Shown here: positions 24,057 through 37,390 of the stretch, one piece after another | How the letters are laid out: every line of letters starts with the position of its first letter | Numbering within the stretch: the stretch's first letter is position 1 | Source of the DNA: Adineta vaga | Taxonomy: Eukaryota; Animalia; Rotifera | DNA length: 64,000 nt | Reading direction: 5' to 3' | NCBI GenBank assembly: GCA_021613535.1 | Contig: CP075492.1 | Location: forward strand, 19,406,001-19,470,000 | Translations under genes and position numbers: made by a program | The notes under the pieces: generated by a model | Databases searched by the model: none | What the model saw: the letters and a program-made list of their open reading frames with translations, nothing else | Told to the model about the DNA's origin: nothing

Positions 24057-26159
24057 TACTAATGTTCTGATTATCTGTATTACCTTGTATTGTCACTGTT
24101 TGTTCTCTTCTCTTTTCTCTTCTCTTCTCTATAAAAGACGATGTTCTGTATTGTATGAAACACAACTGAAGTATCGCACACAACTGGTGTGTGGCACAAT
24201 GTAGTAAATATCTTATACATAAAGAATAGTAGTGATAACGCTATTCTTCCAGTTTGTCATTGTGATCACAGTTAAATGAAAAGAAATAAAATATGATGCT
24301 ACAGCAGTAACGAAATAATTTGTTATTCCTCTCTTTTTCGTTATACTTTCGTTTAAAATAAATAATATTTAAATATATACAAACTATTAGCAATTCGTAA
24401 AAGATGCCATAAACGAAATATAACAATAAGAATAGCTGAATGTGCAATCACAGATTCTTTGTCAACAATCAGAAAATAATTTTTTGTTGAAAATGAAAAG
24501 ACGGCTTAAAATACATGAAAATAATCTAATTTGTGGTTTTCTTTGTAATTCCAGTGATGAGCAGCGAGTGCATACATTTTTAAAAACAATTCGATCATAA
24601 ATATTGATAAGATGCTGAAGGATCGTGACATTCATACTGACGTTTAATATTATAAAGAAGAATTTCGATTATAACAGATGCACATTCTGCAACGACCAGT
24701 ATAATGATAAAAAGATGAAAAAGAGGATGTTCAAGAACTGATTCAATATGTTTTTGATGAGGATAGTTTTGATTTCACCATCGAGATAAACAATTTGATT
24801 GATTCTTCGGCCGTGAAAGAGTATTAGAAGCGATTTCTATATATGTGATAATCAAATATTACATATGACGTCGATATTTCTTTTTTTACGACCTTGTCTC
24901 AATACAAACGGTAAATGAGAGGGATTTTTTTCTTTCATTCTCTTATAAAAACACGAGTCGTCGACAGCTAAGGCAATTCTTTTTTTGCTTTTTACCAACG
25001 ATTACATTCTTTTTACATAATTATACTCCGGGTTTTTTCCTTTATGATTACAGCACAAGATCTGAAGAAGACGGAAAGAACTAATACAAATAGAAGAAAT
25101 AAATCACATTTGATTTAGAAAGAAAATAACAATTATATTTCTTCGACTGTAGAGAGATGTAGGAGTATATTTCTCTTGCACCCACACTCATACCCTCCAT
25201 ACCCTATACTGAAAAACTCGATTATATTATCAATATAATCTCGCTACAGATATTTAGAACAATTATCAATAAATTCATTAAACTTTTTACACACTTACAA
25301 CTTTCTAATGCAGTACATAGACAAGAAAAACTAAAGAAATAATTTTAAATAACTCCCACTATAAGTATTTTAGATATTCTTTAAATCTTTAACCGAATTT
25401 CATACACAACTATCCGATAAGATTCCCGATTGAATAAGAAAAACGTTTCAAGAACATGAGATGAGGATTATAGTCAACAATATATGACTTAATCATAGAA
25501 GAATAAATACATCATGCTGTAGATATGCATAAACGACATCGATCTCTTCTTTCACTTTCGCATTCGTTCGCAAAATAACATGTATTGTATTTTTTTTAAA
25601 TTTTATACCATTCAAAATATTGCATAGTTTATTGGCTTATTTTCTCGTACATAAAAGTCTTTTAAAAGTGTTCTTGACGTAAGTATAATCATGTTTATAA
25701 TGTTACATCTGATGTTTATGCTTATTTAGCTTATCAAGTTAATGTTAATAAGTCGAATATAATTTGTACAATTTTATTAATTAAATTAATTGAAATTGAA
25801 TATGAATTCATAGAGTCGATCTTTTTCAATTTACATCAATCAAGAGAGTAGGTTTAGGCAACATCCAATCTGCACATATCTATGTTCTTTTTTTTCTAAC
25901 TACATAGAGAATAACGAGAAAAGTAATGTTTTTTATTGTAAAACTACGTTTTCTTTTCTTCTAACATAAACAAATCTGAAAAAATTGACTCTTATTATCA
26001 AATTACTTCTTCTCACCCTCAAATAAATCTTTTTTTATGTGTCACAGTGTAAAACTTACGTGTGAGAGGTGAGCATTTACCCACACTCTCACTACAATAT
26101 ATAAAAAGCTTTTGAAATTTAGATATTTTATATGTATTGTTTTTTTTAGATAAGAAATA

Positions 26160-28184
26160 ATGTTTCCTAATCAAGCATCGGCTCAATTAGAAAATGATGT
26201 TCATATACAAAACATTGATAAAGTTAGAACTGACGATGGAAAAATTTTACATTGTGAACCTATTGTTTTATTTGATGATGATGAAGTTGACGAATTTATG
26301 TTATTGGATAAAATGTTAAATCAGTGCTTGACTTTATATAAAACAAAATTTGCTAAAGATGTATGTTCTCATTATTATAACAATATGGAACCAATCAAAT
26401 CTTGGATAAATGAGATAATGCGTGAAGAGAATATTCCAGATATCAAAACATGGAAAACATTATTTTTACAAAGCAAACATTCATTAACATTTAAATATTT
26501 ACGCTTTCTATCTTCAATGTATCATCTAATATTTCGACTATGTACTGTTGAATTACATCCTGAACATAAATTTATATTTGTTTCTACTAAAGAAGTATTA
26601 GATTTTTCTATTAAGGATACGAAAATTTCTGTTTATGTTCTAACAGAACAAAGCGGTGATTCAACAGAGACAAGACCAGTGAAAGGAATATTTATTACAG
26701 GTGACACTACTTTAGTTTATCTTCATAATCATTTAGAATCTACAATTGATATAAAAATCAAGGTTGATTTATTGAATAAAATTGCATCGTATTATCAATG
26801 TCAAGCTGATAAAATTAATACAACTCATCATTTAGAATCCTTACAACAATGGAATCGTGCACTGAAATATTACAATGATTCGTTAACACTCAATCGTAAA
26901 CATCTCCAAGCAATGTTAGGATATGCTAAATGTTTAATAATGTTAAACAAATACAGTTTAGCTGAGAAATTCTTAATAGAAAATGTTGATGATAAAGAAT
27001 ATTTTCGTGATTCAGAAGAAAGATGGTTTTTATTAGGCGTTTTGAAACGTAAATTAAGGAAGTACGATGAAGCTGAGGTTGCGATTAGAAATGCACTGAA
27101 ATTGCAAAATAATTATGTTGACGCAAAAAATGAATTAGACTTTATATTTCGATTGAAAGAAGAAACGATTAAAAAACGAATTGGAATTTACAAAAGTATG
27201 GCATTACAACATGTTGAACCTAAGTCTGATCAATATAATATTCTTTCTATTGATGGAGGTGGTATAAGAGGATTAATACCAGCTGTATGGATGAGTGAAT
27301 TGGAACGTAGAACTGGTTTAAGTAGCAGTTCAATGTTTCATATGATGGCTGGAACATCAACAGGAGCAATTGTAACTGCTTGTCTTTCCTTACCTGATCT
27401 ATCGAGTATTAGACGACCTCGTTATAGAGCTGCTGATATTGTTGAATTGTACACATTACATTCTGACAAGGTCTTCGCTCGTACATCAAGATGGGAAAAT
27501 CTTTTTGGACTTAAGGCGATCTATGAAGAAAAAGGTAAAAAAGATTTGTTTGAAGAGTATTTTAAGGGTATTCGATTATCACAAGCAATAACTGAACTTA
27601 TTATAACGACGGTTAATTCGGGTAGTAGTGCAACAGAATTATTTCGACAAAGTGATGGCTTGAAGGATCCTAGTCGCAATCATAAATTAAGTGATATTCT
27701 CATGTGTACAACAGCTGCACCAACCTATTTTCCACCTTACAAATTAAGTAATTCTGTTTTTGTCGATGGCGGAGTTCAAGCTAACAATCCAACAATGATT
27801 GCTTATGCTGAAGCGTGTGCTAAAAATATCAATCGTGATAACATTTTTATTCTTTCTCTCGGTACTGGTGATTACGTACCCGATCCATTGAATCCGAATG
27901 CACAGCGAAGTCTTTTATTTTGGGGAAGTAATTCTACTAGCGTATTAAAAGTCATTTTTGATGGTCCACAGAATAATATTGATTATCAATTGAGTAGTAT
28001 ATTAAACACTGATAAGTATCATCGTTGGCAGATTTGGCTTGAAAATCCAATTGTACTGGATGATATACGAAAAGAAACATTGGATTATTTGGTGGAACTT
28101 GCTCATAGTCATTTTGAAGAAATGGATGCTTTCGATAATAATCATCGGTTAGGTAAACTTATCGAACGGTTAAAAACGTATTAA
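26160..28184 (+). CDS. TPR-containing patatin-like phospholipase
   Basis: About 3 TPRs lie at roughly aa 205-330. The patatin catalytic motifs DGGGIRG, GTSTG, AAPTYF and DGG are all intact. The ATG is preceded by a TTTTTTAG acceptor-like site, so upstream exons may exist or may have been lost. Confidence 0.9.
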   Translation: MFPNQASAQLENDVHIQNIDKVRTDDGKILHCEPIVLFDDDEVDEFMLLDKMLNQCLTLYKTKFAKDVCSHYYNNMEPIKSWINEIMREENIPDIKTWKTLFLQSKHSLTFKYLRFLSSMYHLIFRLCTVELHPEHKFIFVSTKEVLDFSIKDTKISVYVLTEQSGDSTETRPVKGIFITGDTTLVYLHNHLESTIDIKIKVDLLNKIASYYQCQADKINTTHHLESLQQWNRALKYYNDSLTLNRKHLQAMLGYAKCLIMLNKYSLAEKFLIENVDDKEYFRDSEERWFLLGVLKRKLRKYDEAEVAIRNALKLQNNYVDAKNELDFIFRLKEETIKKRIGIYKSMALQHVEPKSDQYNILSIDGGGIRGLIPAVWMSELERRTGLSSSSMFHMMAGTSTGAIVTACLSLPDLSSIRRPRYRAADIVELYTLHSDKVFARTSRWENLFGLKAIYEEKGKKDLFEEYFKGIRLSQAITELIITTVNSGSSATELFRQSDGLKDPSRNHKLSDILMCTTAAPTYFPPYKLSNSVFVDGGVQANNPTMIAYAEACAKNINRDNIFILSLGTGDYVPDPLNPNAQRSLLFWGSNSTSVLKVIFDGPQNNIDYQLSSILNTDKYHRWQIWLENPIVLDDIRKETLDYLVELAHSHFEEMDAFDNNHRLGKLIERLKTY

Positions 28185-29027
28185 AAAAATCAATTTATAT
28201 GACTCTTTGTAACTTAGCCTAGATTAATAAAATTCATCAGTGTGAAATTTTGAAAGTAAAGATATAACTATCGATAATTTCAAAATAATTTCGAAAAATA
28301 AATTAGTTCCAGTAATTAAACTATCATTAGGATCTATATCCCATTCCCATATTTCACCAAGCATCAGGGCCTATACTCAACTCTCAGTTTTTATCCACTA
28401 GTAAGATGCACACCCTTCGCTCACACCCACCCTTGAATAAATTAACTACTAGATTTTAATTACATTACCTTACAATAGAGAGATAGCACAGATGTAAATT
28501 ATATAGTATTAAGATCCTCCCATAATATATCACCTTACAAGCAATATCAAGAGGAAATTTTAGCTTGTAATAAACTCAAAAGTGATTCCAACTTTTTTTA
28601 TCGGTGTTCGAAAACATCAAAATTTGTGTAATATTTTAAATATTACTTCTCATAATATTGAATCTCGAATAATCATAAATGCATATAGGTGATCATTTGC
28701 TTTATTAAAAGTCCAGTTTCAGCATTTGTATTAATTTCGTCTATGATGTAGATAAATCCAATGACGTAGTCAGGAGTTTTTGACAAAAAAACATTGAGCA
28801 AGAATTAAAAATAATATCTGAACAGACATGGTCATCAATCGTCTAGTGCATATATCTCCATTAGTTATCTTACTTCTGTCTTCGATTTTCTCAATTATAA
28901 TCCAATGATTATCGTATGTACAATCAAACGTCATAACGAACAAGTAGCTGTCCTTTTCTCCTTTACAGAATGTCCCATCAAAATGAAGTTTTCTTTAAAG
29001 AAAAGTTTAATAACAAAAAGAAAAAAA

Positions 29028-29099
29028 TGCCTCCACGCAGGATCGAACTGCGGACCTCCAGTTTACTAGACTGGCGCTCTACCACTGAGCCATAGAGGC
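29028..29099 (-). tRNA. trnT: tRNA-Thr (anticodon AGT)
   Basis: GCCTCTATGGCTCAGTGGTAGAGCGCCAGTCTAGTAAACTGGAGGTCCGCAGTTCGATCCTGCGTGGAGGCA forms a 72-nt cloverleaf with A/B boxes and an anticodon arm CCAGT-CTAGTAA-ACTGG. It is followed by a Pol III T-run. Confidence 0.97.
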
Positions 29100-30374
29100 A
29101 TGTTGACCAGTGCTTATTTGAGAATGTCTATTTGAAGGAAATTTCAGCGAGATGATTCAATGATAACTAATGATTAACAAACTATTTACAACATTTTCGT
29201 ATGTACAGAAAAAGTTAAGACGGGCTTAGAGATAGAAGTGAAATAATCATTCCTACTCAATATTCGTTGAACTATGTTACTTCGTCGTGAACATGTGTGA
29301 GTTCATGATAAATTAAACTTTTCAGGTCCAATCTGATATAAAAATAAAGAAAGGATTCTGCAGTAAAAACTATAAAGGAAGGAGCGGGTTTTGAATACTA
29401 TAGAGTATAATACAACTGCTTTTATATCAGATATGAATGACGAGATGGTTTTTGATGATATATGAATATTTTTAAGTACAATATTCTCTGCATTCTCTAT
29501 CGAACGAGAAAAGATCTTGATTAATATTAAATTAACATTATTACATTTTAAAAATAAATTTATTAAGTGAAATAATGTTAGTCACATTTCTTTCTCAACA
29601 TATAATTGAAGATATTTCAATAATTACACATGAAAACTACTTTAAGATCATTTCCGAATATCCTTTTGTTAAGATATGCGAAGATCGTGTCAGTGAATAA
29701 ATGTGTGAGGGTTGACTTATATTCATCTCTCAGAAATATCTCTCATTATAATCACTAAAGTACTTCATAATATGTAACACTGTTTTCATCACTTGTTTTA
29801 TCATATTTAAAGACTAAGAAGAAAAAAGGGTGTTGTTTTTATTTTTTGTTTTAGAAAAAAACACAATTTCTATTAAATCAGAACGAAACATGATTTTCAG
29901 TTCGTGATCGTATACAATAGCAGATGACAACTGGTCTGTTAATTCAATAAATTATTTTTCTTATATTACATAAGTTACTATGAATGTTGAAAATAAGTTT
30001 AAAAAAGAGAAAATAATTGTATTTCAGCACTTGTTTCCTTTAGAACCAATTAACAAACTAACTTTAAATATATCTGATTTTAATGACAAAAATTTTCTAC
30101 AAATCATCAAAATATTTCCCAATATGAAAAAGATAGATTTTAACATATATAATGTTGATAATAGAGAGATGAACTTATAAATCTAAAAAGATAAAAATTT
30201 TAATAGTATATCGTCAATTGATTATATAGAATAAAATAATTCACTTCTTATGTGATAATACTCTAATTTTGTATTAAATATCAAATTATAATGAATAATA
30301 AAAATTTATTTTTATCTGTAAATATAAAAGATAAAGTCGACATAAGAAAATTATTTTTTTGTGATTTCAACGCC

Positions 30375-31140
30375 ATGATGAAATTCGAAGGTCTTGCTAA
30401 TGAAATCTTTTATGCAATCTTTGAATATCTTCATCATTTTCAAGCATATGAAATCTTTTTTAATCTTAATCAACGTTTTCAAAATCTTTTCATTAATTCA
30501 ACATATCCAATTCAAATTCAACTTGATTTAATATCAAAATCAACTTTTATTTCGTATTATGAAAATATTATTCTTCCATATCAACATCGAATTCAATTAC
30601 TTCATTTAACAAACCCATTTCACCTTCAATTCTTTTTATCTAACATTTCGATTATTTCCAAATTAGTTCATCTTAAAAGATTAATTATTGACTATATTTC
30701 GTTTTCTCACTTGGAACAGTTTTTTTAATGCTTTATCAGTCTTACCTAATCTTTCTTCATTAATCATTATTTACACGTTGAAAGGAAACGAAAGAAGTCC
30801 TATATAAGAAAAAATCTTCCAACTATCGACATTAAAGTATTGTAAAATATCATTCCGACCCGGATATTACGTATTTCGAAGTGAACCCATATCAATCAAA
30901 GCAAACTCATTTAGTTACATCACACATCTGGTTATCGAAGATGAGTTTCATCTTAATGACTTAATAATTATTCTTTCCAATGCTCCTCAACTTCGTCGTT
31001 TATCGATTAATAAAATATGGGGTAACACTAAGGGATTGATTATTTCTTCAACTATTTCAAATCAATTAACATACGTCAATCTTCATCTTGGATATCTTAA
31101 TTTATCTTTCAACATGGAACGATCGAAACTATTTAATTGC
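30375..31140 (+). pseudogene. F-box/LRR-like gene, frameshifted and 3'-truncated
   Basis: F-box reads MMKFEGLANEIFYAIFEYL. There is a frameshift in a T-run at ~30720, after which it continues as LSVLPNLSSLII...ILSNAPQLRRLSI. Confidence 0.7.
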
Positions 31141-31452
31141 AAGTCGTTGGGAATCACTTATTTCCAGATATATGTTATGTCTCAGAATTTTTAATCTTCA
31201 GTACAAAGCAGCAGTTGTTGCAACTGGGTGGGTGTGGGTGTGGCGTGTTAATGGGTGAGGATATCCCTCCTTCGCTCACACCCATCCCACACCGACACCC
31301 TCAAGATCGTTGTAAATCGCTTAAAATGATATAACACACTCAACATGCTCACCCTCACGCTCAACAAAATGATAAACTGAAGGGATTTCTTTATTTATCA
31401 CATTTCTAGCCTTATTTTCCTAATCGGAGTAATTATTGCACAAAAAATATTG

Positions 31453-31992
31453 CTAGTTCTCATCTGGTGGTAATATCATATCCCAAGTCCAATTATTATT
31501 AGTTAATGGTAATTCAGCTGCTGGTAACGGAGCGTTCAGAGCAAGTTGATCATCAAGAACCCAAGCTAAAGAAATCAATTTAGTTCAGGTATAATATGTA
31601 AGTGCTTTTGTATGACACTAACCCATATCTTCAGTGCAATTAAGACAGTTTGGAGGCAATATCACCGTCACCCACGAAGTAATGCAAATATAATGATAAA
31701 TTGCAGTACATGCAGGGCAGTTTATTGTTAGACTGTTAAGTTCTATGGTCTTCTGACAGTATAAACAGATGCTAAATTAGACACCAAATAGGATACTTGA
31801 TTACGTAGTGATCAAGCACGAAGTCGCACTTACTCTTGAGGAGGTTGCTGGTGTAACTGCTCTTTTGGTTGTTGAGGTGGAGGAGAAGATGATGGCGGAG
31901 GCTAGAATGATGAATAAAAAGAACATTGTATTTTACATTCATTATCTAGATAATCAATATTTATTTACTCGGCTCTGGCCTAGCGCTAGCAT
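31453..31992 (-). CDS. Small spliced C4HC3 (RING-variant/PHD-like) zinc-finger protein, not on the ORF track
   Basis: Four exons joined by GT-AG introns give MLALGQSR|PPPSSSPPPQQP...QD|ICLYCQKTIELNSLTINCPACTAIYHYICITSWVTVILPPNCLNCTEDM|AWVL...DEN*. The first exon is tentative. Confidence 0.65.
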
Positions 31993-32612
31993 TCTATTTC
32001 AACCGAAAACTTATTTAATAAACCCAATTTAGTAATCAAGTTTCTAATGTGTTTCTAAAATTTTCGAAATAAATAAATATCTTTTAATAGATGTAGATTA
32101 AATAGCCATACGTTCTTTTCCGTTTACTTTGTGTTGCGCACGTTATACTTACTAAAAAAATTATTTTTCTTTCATTGACGAAGCAAAAGTCAAAGAATGC
32201 TTACTGTACTATACCACGTGCTGATGATTCGTCTATTTCAGATTTTCGTTTCTATTCAGGACTGTTGCTTTCATAGTAAAAAAACTTTCGTATAAATAAA
32301 ATTCTGACATTTTTTTCTTCTCTACTTTTACTTTTCTTGCTCCTTAAAAGCGAAAGAACTGATATAACTCAACGATAGCTCAAGACTGTTTTTCTTTCTT
32401 CACCGTAGTAGTTGAGTATGTTCTCCATTTTTCTTTTTCCTTCTTCCTTTATCTTTTTATATATATTTGTTTTTTTCTCATAAAAAAAGACGAAGAAAGC
32501 TACGTATTTTATCACATTTTCCTTCTTTTCATTTAACTTTTTCTTTCAGTCTTGTTAGCTGATTAATAAAAGAACTTATTTACTGTTCGCGCGAGAATAA
32601 AAGAATTATAAA

Positions 32613-33350
32613 ATGTCTTTCGTAAAAAGGAACCCATCTCAAACCGCAGCACTGGTGGAAGCTGAAACAAACATTGATCTTTTTAGGCAAGGAGATCTAC
32701 TGTTTTGGAAAGGTGAGTATGAAAAGGCTAAGCAACATTTTCAGGCTGTTTCAAATCAACCATGGATTAGTCCTTCCGCATTAGCTCGATGTCTGAATTC
32801 ACTTGGTGCACTAAACGGCAAACTAAAACATTACAAAGAAGCAATAAATAACTATTGTGAACAGCTCAATATACTATTAAATCTGAACATACCGGATCAA
32901 GAAGAAAACATCGCCAGATGTTATATGTCTATGGGTATGGTTTATTGGTTGGAGCAGCACTACGATCTAGCTATCGAAAAGTACAAAGAAGCACTCTCTG
33001 TTCTTCCGGACTCCGAGTCAGCTTCCAACCTCATCTCAGATATTTATAAAAATATGGGCAATCTGTATACAAAAAAACATGAATTTGCATCAGCCCAACT
33101 CTATTTCGAAAAAGCACTTGACATTGATCGTCACCATCTGAAAGAAGATCATCCAGATTTTGGGCAAACATATGCAAATATTGGAACTATGTACTACACT
33201 AAGCGAGATTACCAACAGGCACTGAATTATTTCGAACAAGCGCGTGAAACGTGGCGAAAGTCACTGCGGTCAAGTCATGTATATTTGCAATCTATGGAGA
33301 AAACCATTTATAATGTTCAAACGAAGCTAGGTATGTATGTGTTAGAATAA
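32613..33350 (+). CDS. TPR repeat protein (kinesin-light-chain-like repeats)
   Basis: About 5 TPR units, e.g. IARCYMSMGMVY and HPDFGQTYANIGTMY. The 3' end has a G/GTATGT donor, so a further exon is possible. Confidence 0.85.
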   Translation: MSFVKRNPSQTAALVEAETNIDLFRQGDLLFWKGEYEKAKQHFQAVSNQPWISPSALARCLNSLGALNGKLKHYKEAINNYCEQLNILLNLNIPDQEENIARCYMSMGMVYWLEQHYDLAIEKYKEALSVLPDSESASNLISDIYKNMGNLYTKKHEFASAQLYFEKALDIDRHHLKEDHPDFGQTYANIGTMYYTKRDYQQALNYFEQARETWRKSLRSSHVYLQSMEKTIYNVQTKLGMYVLE

Positions 33351-35041
33351 CCAATGAAGGAACTTCACAAACAGATAAAATCTGCTTGAGTTGAGTTTTT
33401 GCGTGTAGTGGACCAGTAGTTCAGATAAAAACTCGAAAGCGACTCACGCCATTACTGCTGTGTTATCGAGAAACAAGTGTGGCAATTTTCCCTGAAACCA
33501 ATCGTAAAACATTTTGTCTTATATCTCCGTAGGGAGCATCTTCACAAAAGCGTTAGTTTTCCATTCATATTACGCATGGGTAACGCATTTCAAAAACAAA
33601 AATTTATTAACTACTTTTCAGTTAATTAAATAATGAAATTAAAGTACATAGCGAACGAAGGTAAAATAGAAGATCAAGAAAATCATTAATATGAATAGAT
33701 CTTAAAAACCCTGCTCACCTCAGTCATCGATATATATGAATGGCATTTTGTTTCCAGATATATGAGAACTGCGTTTCGAAAGATATTTCTTAAATTTAAA
33801 GAGTCTTTATTCACAATGTTCTTGGTCAGAATTAACTGGAAACAGTGAAATACAAAATAATTTATATAATCTCAGACTTAATGACGCTTTTAGTATGTTC
33901 TCGAAGATAGCCAATTTTACGATCGTTAAATGTGAACAATAATTACACATAAATATACGCACTATTGTTTGTTACTTTATTACTAGCTTCTATATATTAT
34001 CTCCTGTTTGGTCTCGATCTAGGGCAACATATATTCTAGAAAATGTAAATAAAGTACTCTTATATAGTATATGCGGTACCCAAGTGAATCGGACTCTTTC
34101 AAACTTATGAAGAAATGTATTTAAATGTTCAAACCTTTAGACTCCATGCCCTGGTGATAACGAGATCTCAATGAAGTATGAAGAAGCCCACAAGAATACG
34201 TTCTATTATGCTTTTCACTCAGAGTTATCGACATTTTAGTAAAATTCTAGTCTGCAAGGAGAAAAGTGAATCCTGGAGCCTCGAATCCTTTGGATCATCC
34301 AGATCGTTTTGGATCCTAGGATTCGAAAGGTTCCAGTAGGAACCATCAAAAACCCAGGATCCGATTTTTCCCTTATTTTCTTATATTAGGTTAGATCCTG
34401 TGGATCCTAGGATCTGACATGGTCCGCTTTTTCTCCTCCCTGCAAAAAGGTGAGTAGAGTTTATGAAAAATACTTTCAAACAGATTCGAAAAGGTTAGAA
34501 TTGGCCCTGATGAGGCTTGAGAAGTTATATGGAATATCTCAATTCTGTCAGAAGACAGCGCCACGACTGAACACAGTGTAAATGAAAAGGGTCTGAATAA
34601 GACCGAGCTACTCAGTTTAATTTCGGACTCGATACATAGTTAGTCATATGAAGAAGAAATGTTTATGTAAAAATTAATAAAATGCTCCTTTCATTGTTTT
34701 TTGGAGATCATTTTCATTTTTTCAGCTCCTAGATATGTATTTCTAATACAAATGTTTCTCACAAAGTAATAAGAGTAGCAGAACTGTTTGCTAGCCTAAT
34801 TCATTTAGCACATCATTCATCGAAAACTGTTTTCTTTCTTAGTACTATGGTACATGAAGATATATACGTGTTTCAATCGGTCACGGAAATGTAGTTTTTG
34901 AGTTACAGCAAATATTAACTTTCATCACAGAAATTTGTAGAAAAGCATGTTTTTCAATCATTTCTATAATATGAAAAGCATCATATTGAAATTCACGTAT
35001 AAGTAGCGAAACTTTGAATCTATCACCGGCATTTTCTTTAG

Positions 35042-37390
35042 ATGCGTCAAACAAAAAAACATTATCGTCGAAAAATGATGCAACTATTTGCAAAACTACG
35101 ACAGAAAATCATTCGTACACCGAGAAAACTGAAAATGCTTTACTTGCAGAGTACTTCAGCCTTATACCACCAGCAATACAACAGGAAGAAATACAATCAG
35201 ATTCTGGATTAGACAGTGATGGAGGTGAGTTTGTTCTTTGCATATATATCATCATACGATAACTCGAGTTCGGGTATTCTTTTCAAAGAATCTATATCTG
35301 ATATTAGTGTTGAATCAGAATTAATAGAAGTCGAAGAAAATCTTGAGTACTACACTCTTATATGGTGTGGTAAGAGTGTAAATTCAACAGAAGAAAATCG
35401 TCGAACAAAAGTGGAATTTCGGAAAATAATCAATTTTTTAAAAACATTCGAAACCAATGAAGAATGCAGGACATACATAGAACGATCTGTTGACGAAAAA
35501 ATCGTTCTAATTATATCTGGAAATCTTGGCCAGGATTTGGTTCCTGAAATACACTATCTAGAACAAATCGTTGCAGTTTATATCTATTGTGAAAATATAA
35601 AAGACCACATAGAATGGTCAGCCACCTACGGTAAAGTAAGTTGATCCCAAAGCATATATTTTGGAATAAAAAAACACCTTCATGCTTTTTCAAAGGTAAA
35701 AGCCGTTGTTTTAACAACCAATGATCTCGTACAACGCATTATGGAAGATCAAAAGAGACGAAACAACGTTCGAGAAGAAGAAGTATCTATTAGTATCGTT
35801 AAACCATCTTTCGCCTCGCTCCAAACAACACATCAAAGTATAAAAATTAACTTTCTCTTCTTTCTTTCATACATTGACGTTCTATCAAGAATGGATTTGG
35901 ATTCTCGAGAAGCAATGTATAATGATTTCGTAAGCTTCTGCGAAGATTACTACACCAACAATCGCCCTGATTTAGGGACTTTGAATGATTTTCAACATAA
36001 TTATAGCCCTAGCGATGCTGTGCAGTGGTATACTCGTGATACTTTTATCTATCGTATATTAAACAAAGCCCTTCGTACGGAAGATATCACAGTATTGTAC
36101 AAACTTCGCTTTTATATTGTTGATTTACACCGCCAGTTAATGCAATTACAAATGACACAAGCAAATTTGCAAAAATCTACTTTACATGTTTATCGTGGTG
36201 CACAAATATCTGTCAAAGAACTAGAAGCAATGAAAACTAATACATTAATATGTATGAATAGTTTTTTGTCAGCATCTCACAGCAGAGAAGTGGCCTCAAT
36301 GTTTTGTAATTCGCTTAACGAGAACAATCAGTCGGAAACTTCTGTTCTCTTTGAAATTGAAGCATGTACTCAGCTTAACACATCTATGCCATTTGCTGAT
36401 ATTTCTCATTTAAGTGCTATGGGAGCTGTGGAACAAGAGATATTATTTTTACCCGGATCCGTTTTCACAATAGATGCGATTTCACAAAATGTAGAAAGCT
36501 CATCTTGGACAGTCAAGTTGACATTAGTGGATAGAGAAGAAAATGACTTAGAATCAGCGACAAGATTAGTGAAAAATGAACTGGAAGACAAGGAAACCCT
36601 TTCAATCTTTGGAAATTTACTTCATCGTATGGGAAAATACAAGGAAGCAGAAAGATATTACAAACAACTATTGAATTCATTAAAGGAAAATGATCCTCGC
36701 ATCTCAAAATGCTATACCAGTCTCGGAACAATTAAACGAGAAAAAGCTGATTATAGTAGTGCTTATTCATATTATAGCAAAGCGCTTGAATTCAATATGA
36801 GATTTTCAGCGTCGGATCAAGTGTTAATTGCTAAGGATTATAGAAACATTGGATTAGTAATGAAAGATAAAGCAGATTATGATCGAGCACTCGAAAATCT
36901 GACCAAAGCATTGAATCTGCTTTTGAGTGCAGTAGGAGATGATAATCTTATAACAGCAAGTGTTTATCACAATATTGGTCTTGTGTATGTTGAACTGTAT
37001 GAGTATGAATCAGCTCTATCAAATCTCTACAAATGTTTACAAACTGAAACAAGATTGCTGTCCACGGATCATCCAGAGATAGCTTCTATATTGAATAACG
37101 TCGGTGTAGTGCATTATCTGATGAAAGATTATGATTTTGCTTTGGAACATTATAAGAAAGCATTGTCGATTCAGACGACCAGTACAGAAAAACAATCTGA
37201 TCTTGCAAATACATACATTAACATTGGTCTTGTTCATGCAACTGGCTTCAAAAACTATCCTGAAGCCATCAGCAAGTTTGAGATGTCACTACAAATATTT
37301 CAAAATACACTACCAGCAAATCACCCTTCTATTATCAGAACTCAAAATATTATCCAAAAAACTAAGCAGATCCTCAACAACAAACGATAA
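35042..37390 (+). CDS. NAD+:arginine ADP-ribosyltransferase (R-S-E clade) with N-terminal receiver-like domain and C-terminal TPRs, multi-exon, 5' end uncertain
   Basis: ART motifs are AVQWYTRDTFIYRILNKALR, VYRG, SFLSAS and EQEILF, followed by about 6 TPRs. An upstream exon (EENLEYYTLIW...KIVLIISG...VYIYC) is linked by the intron at ~35636-35695. Confidence 0.85.

Noticed and set aside
34253-34443. Possible MITE with GGATCC-rich interior and degenerate GGAGAAAAG/CTTTTTCTCC ends
   Set aside because: The inverted repeats are too degenerate and no TSD could be defined.
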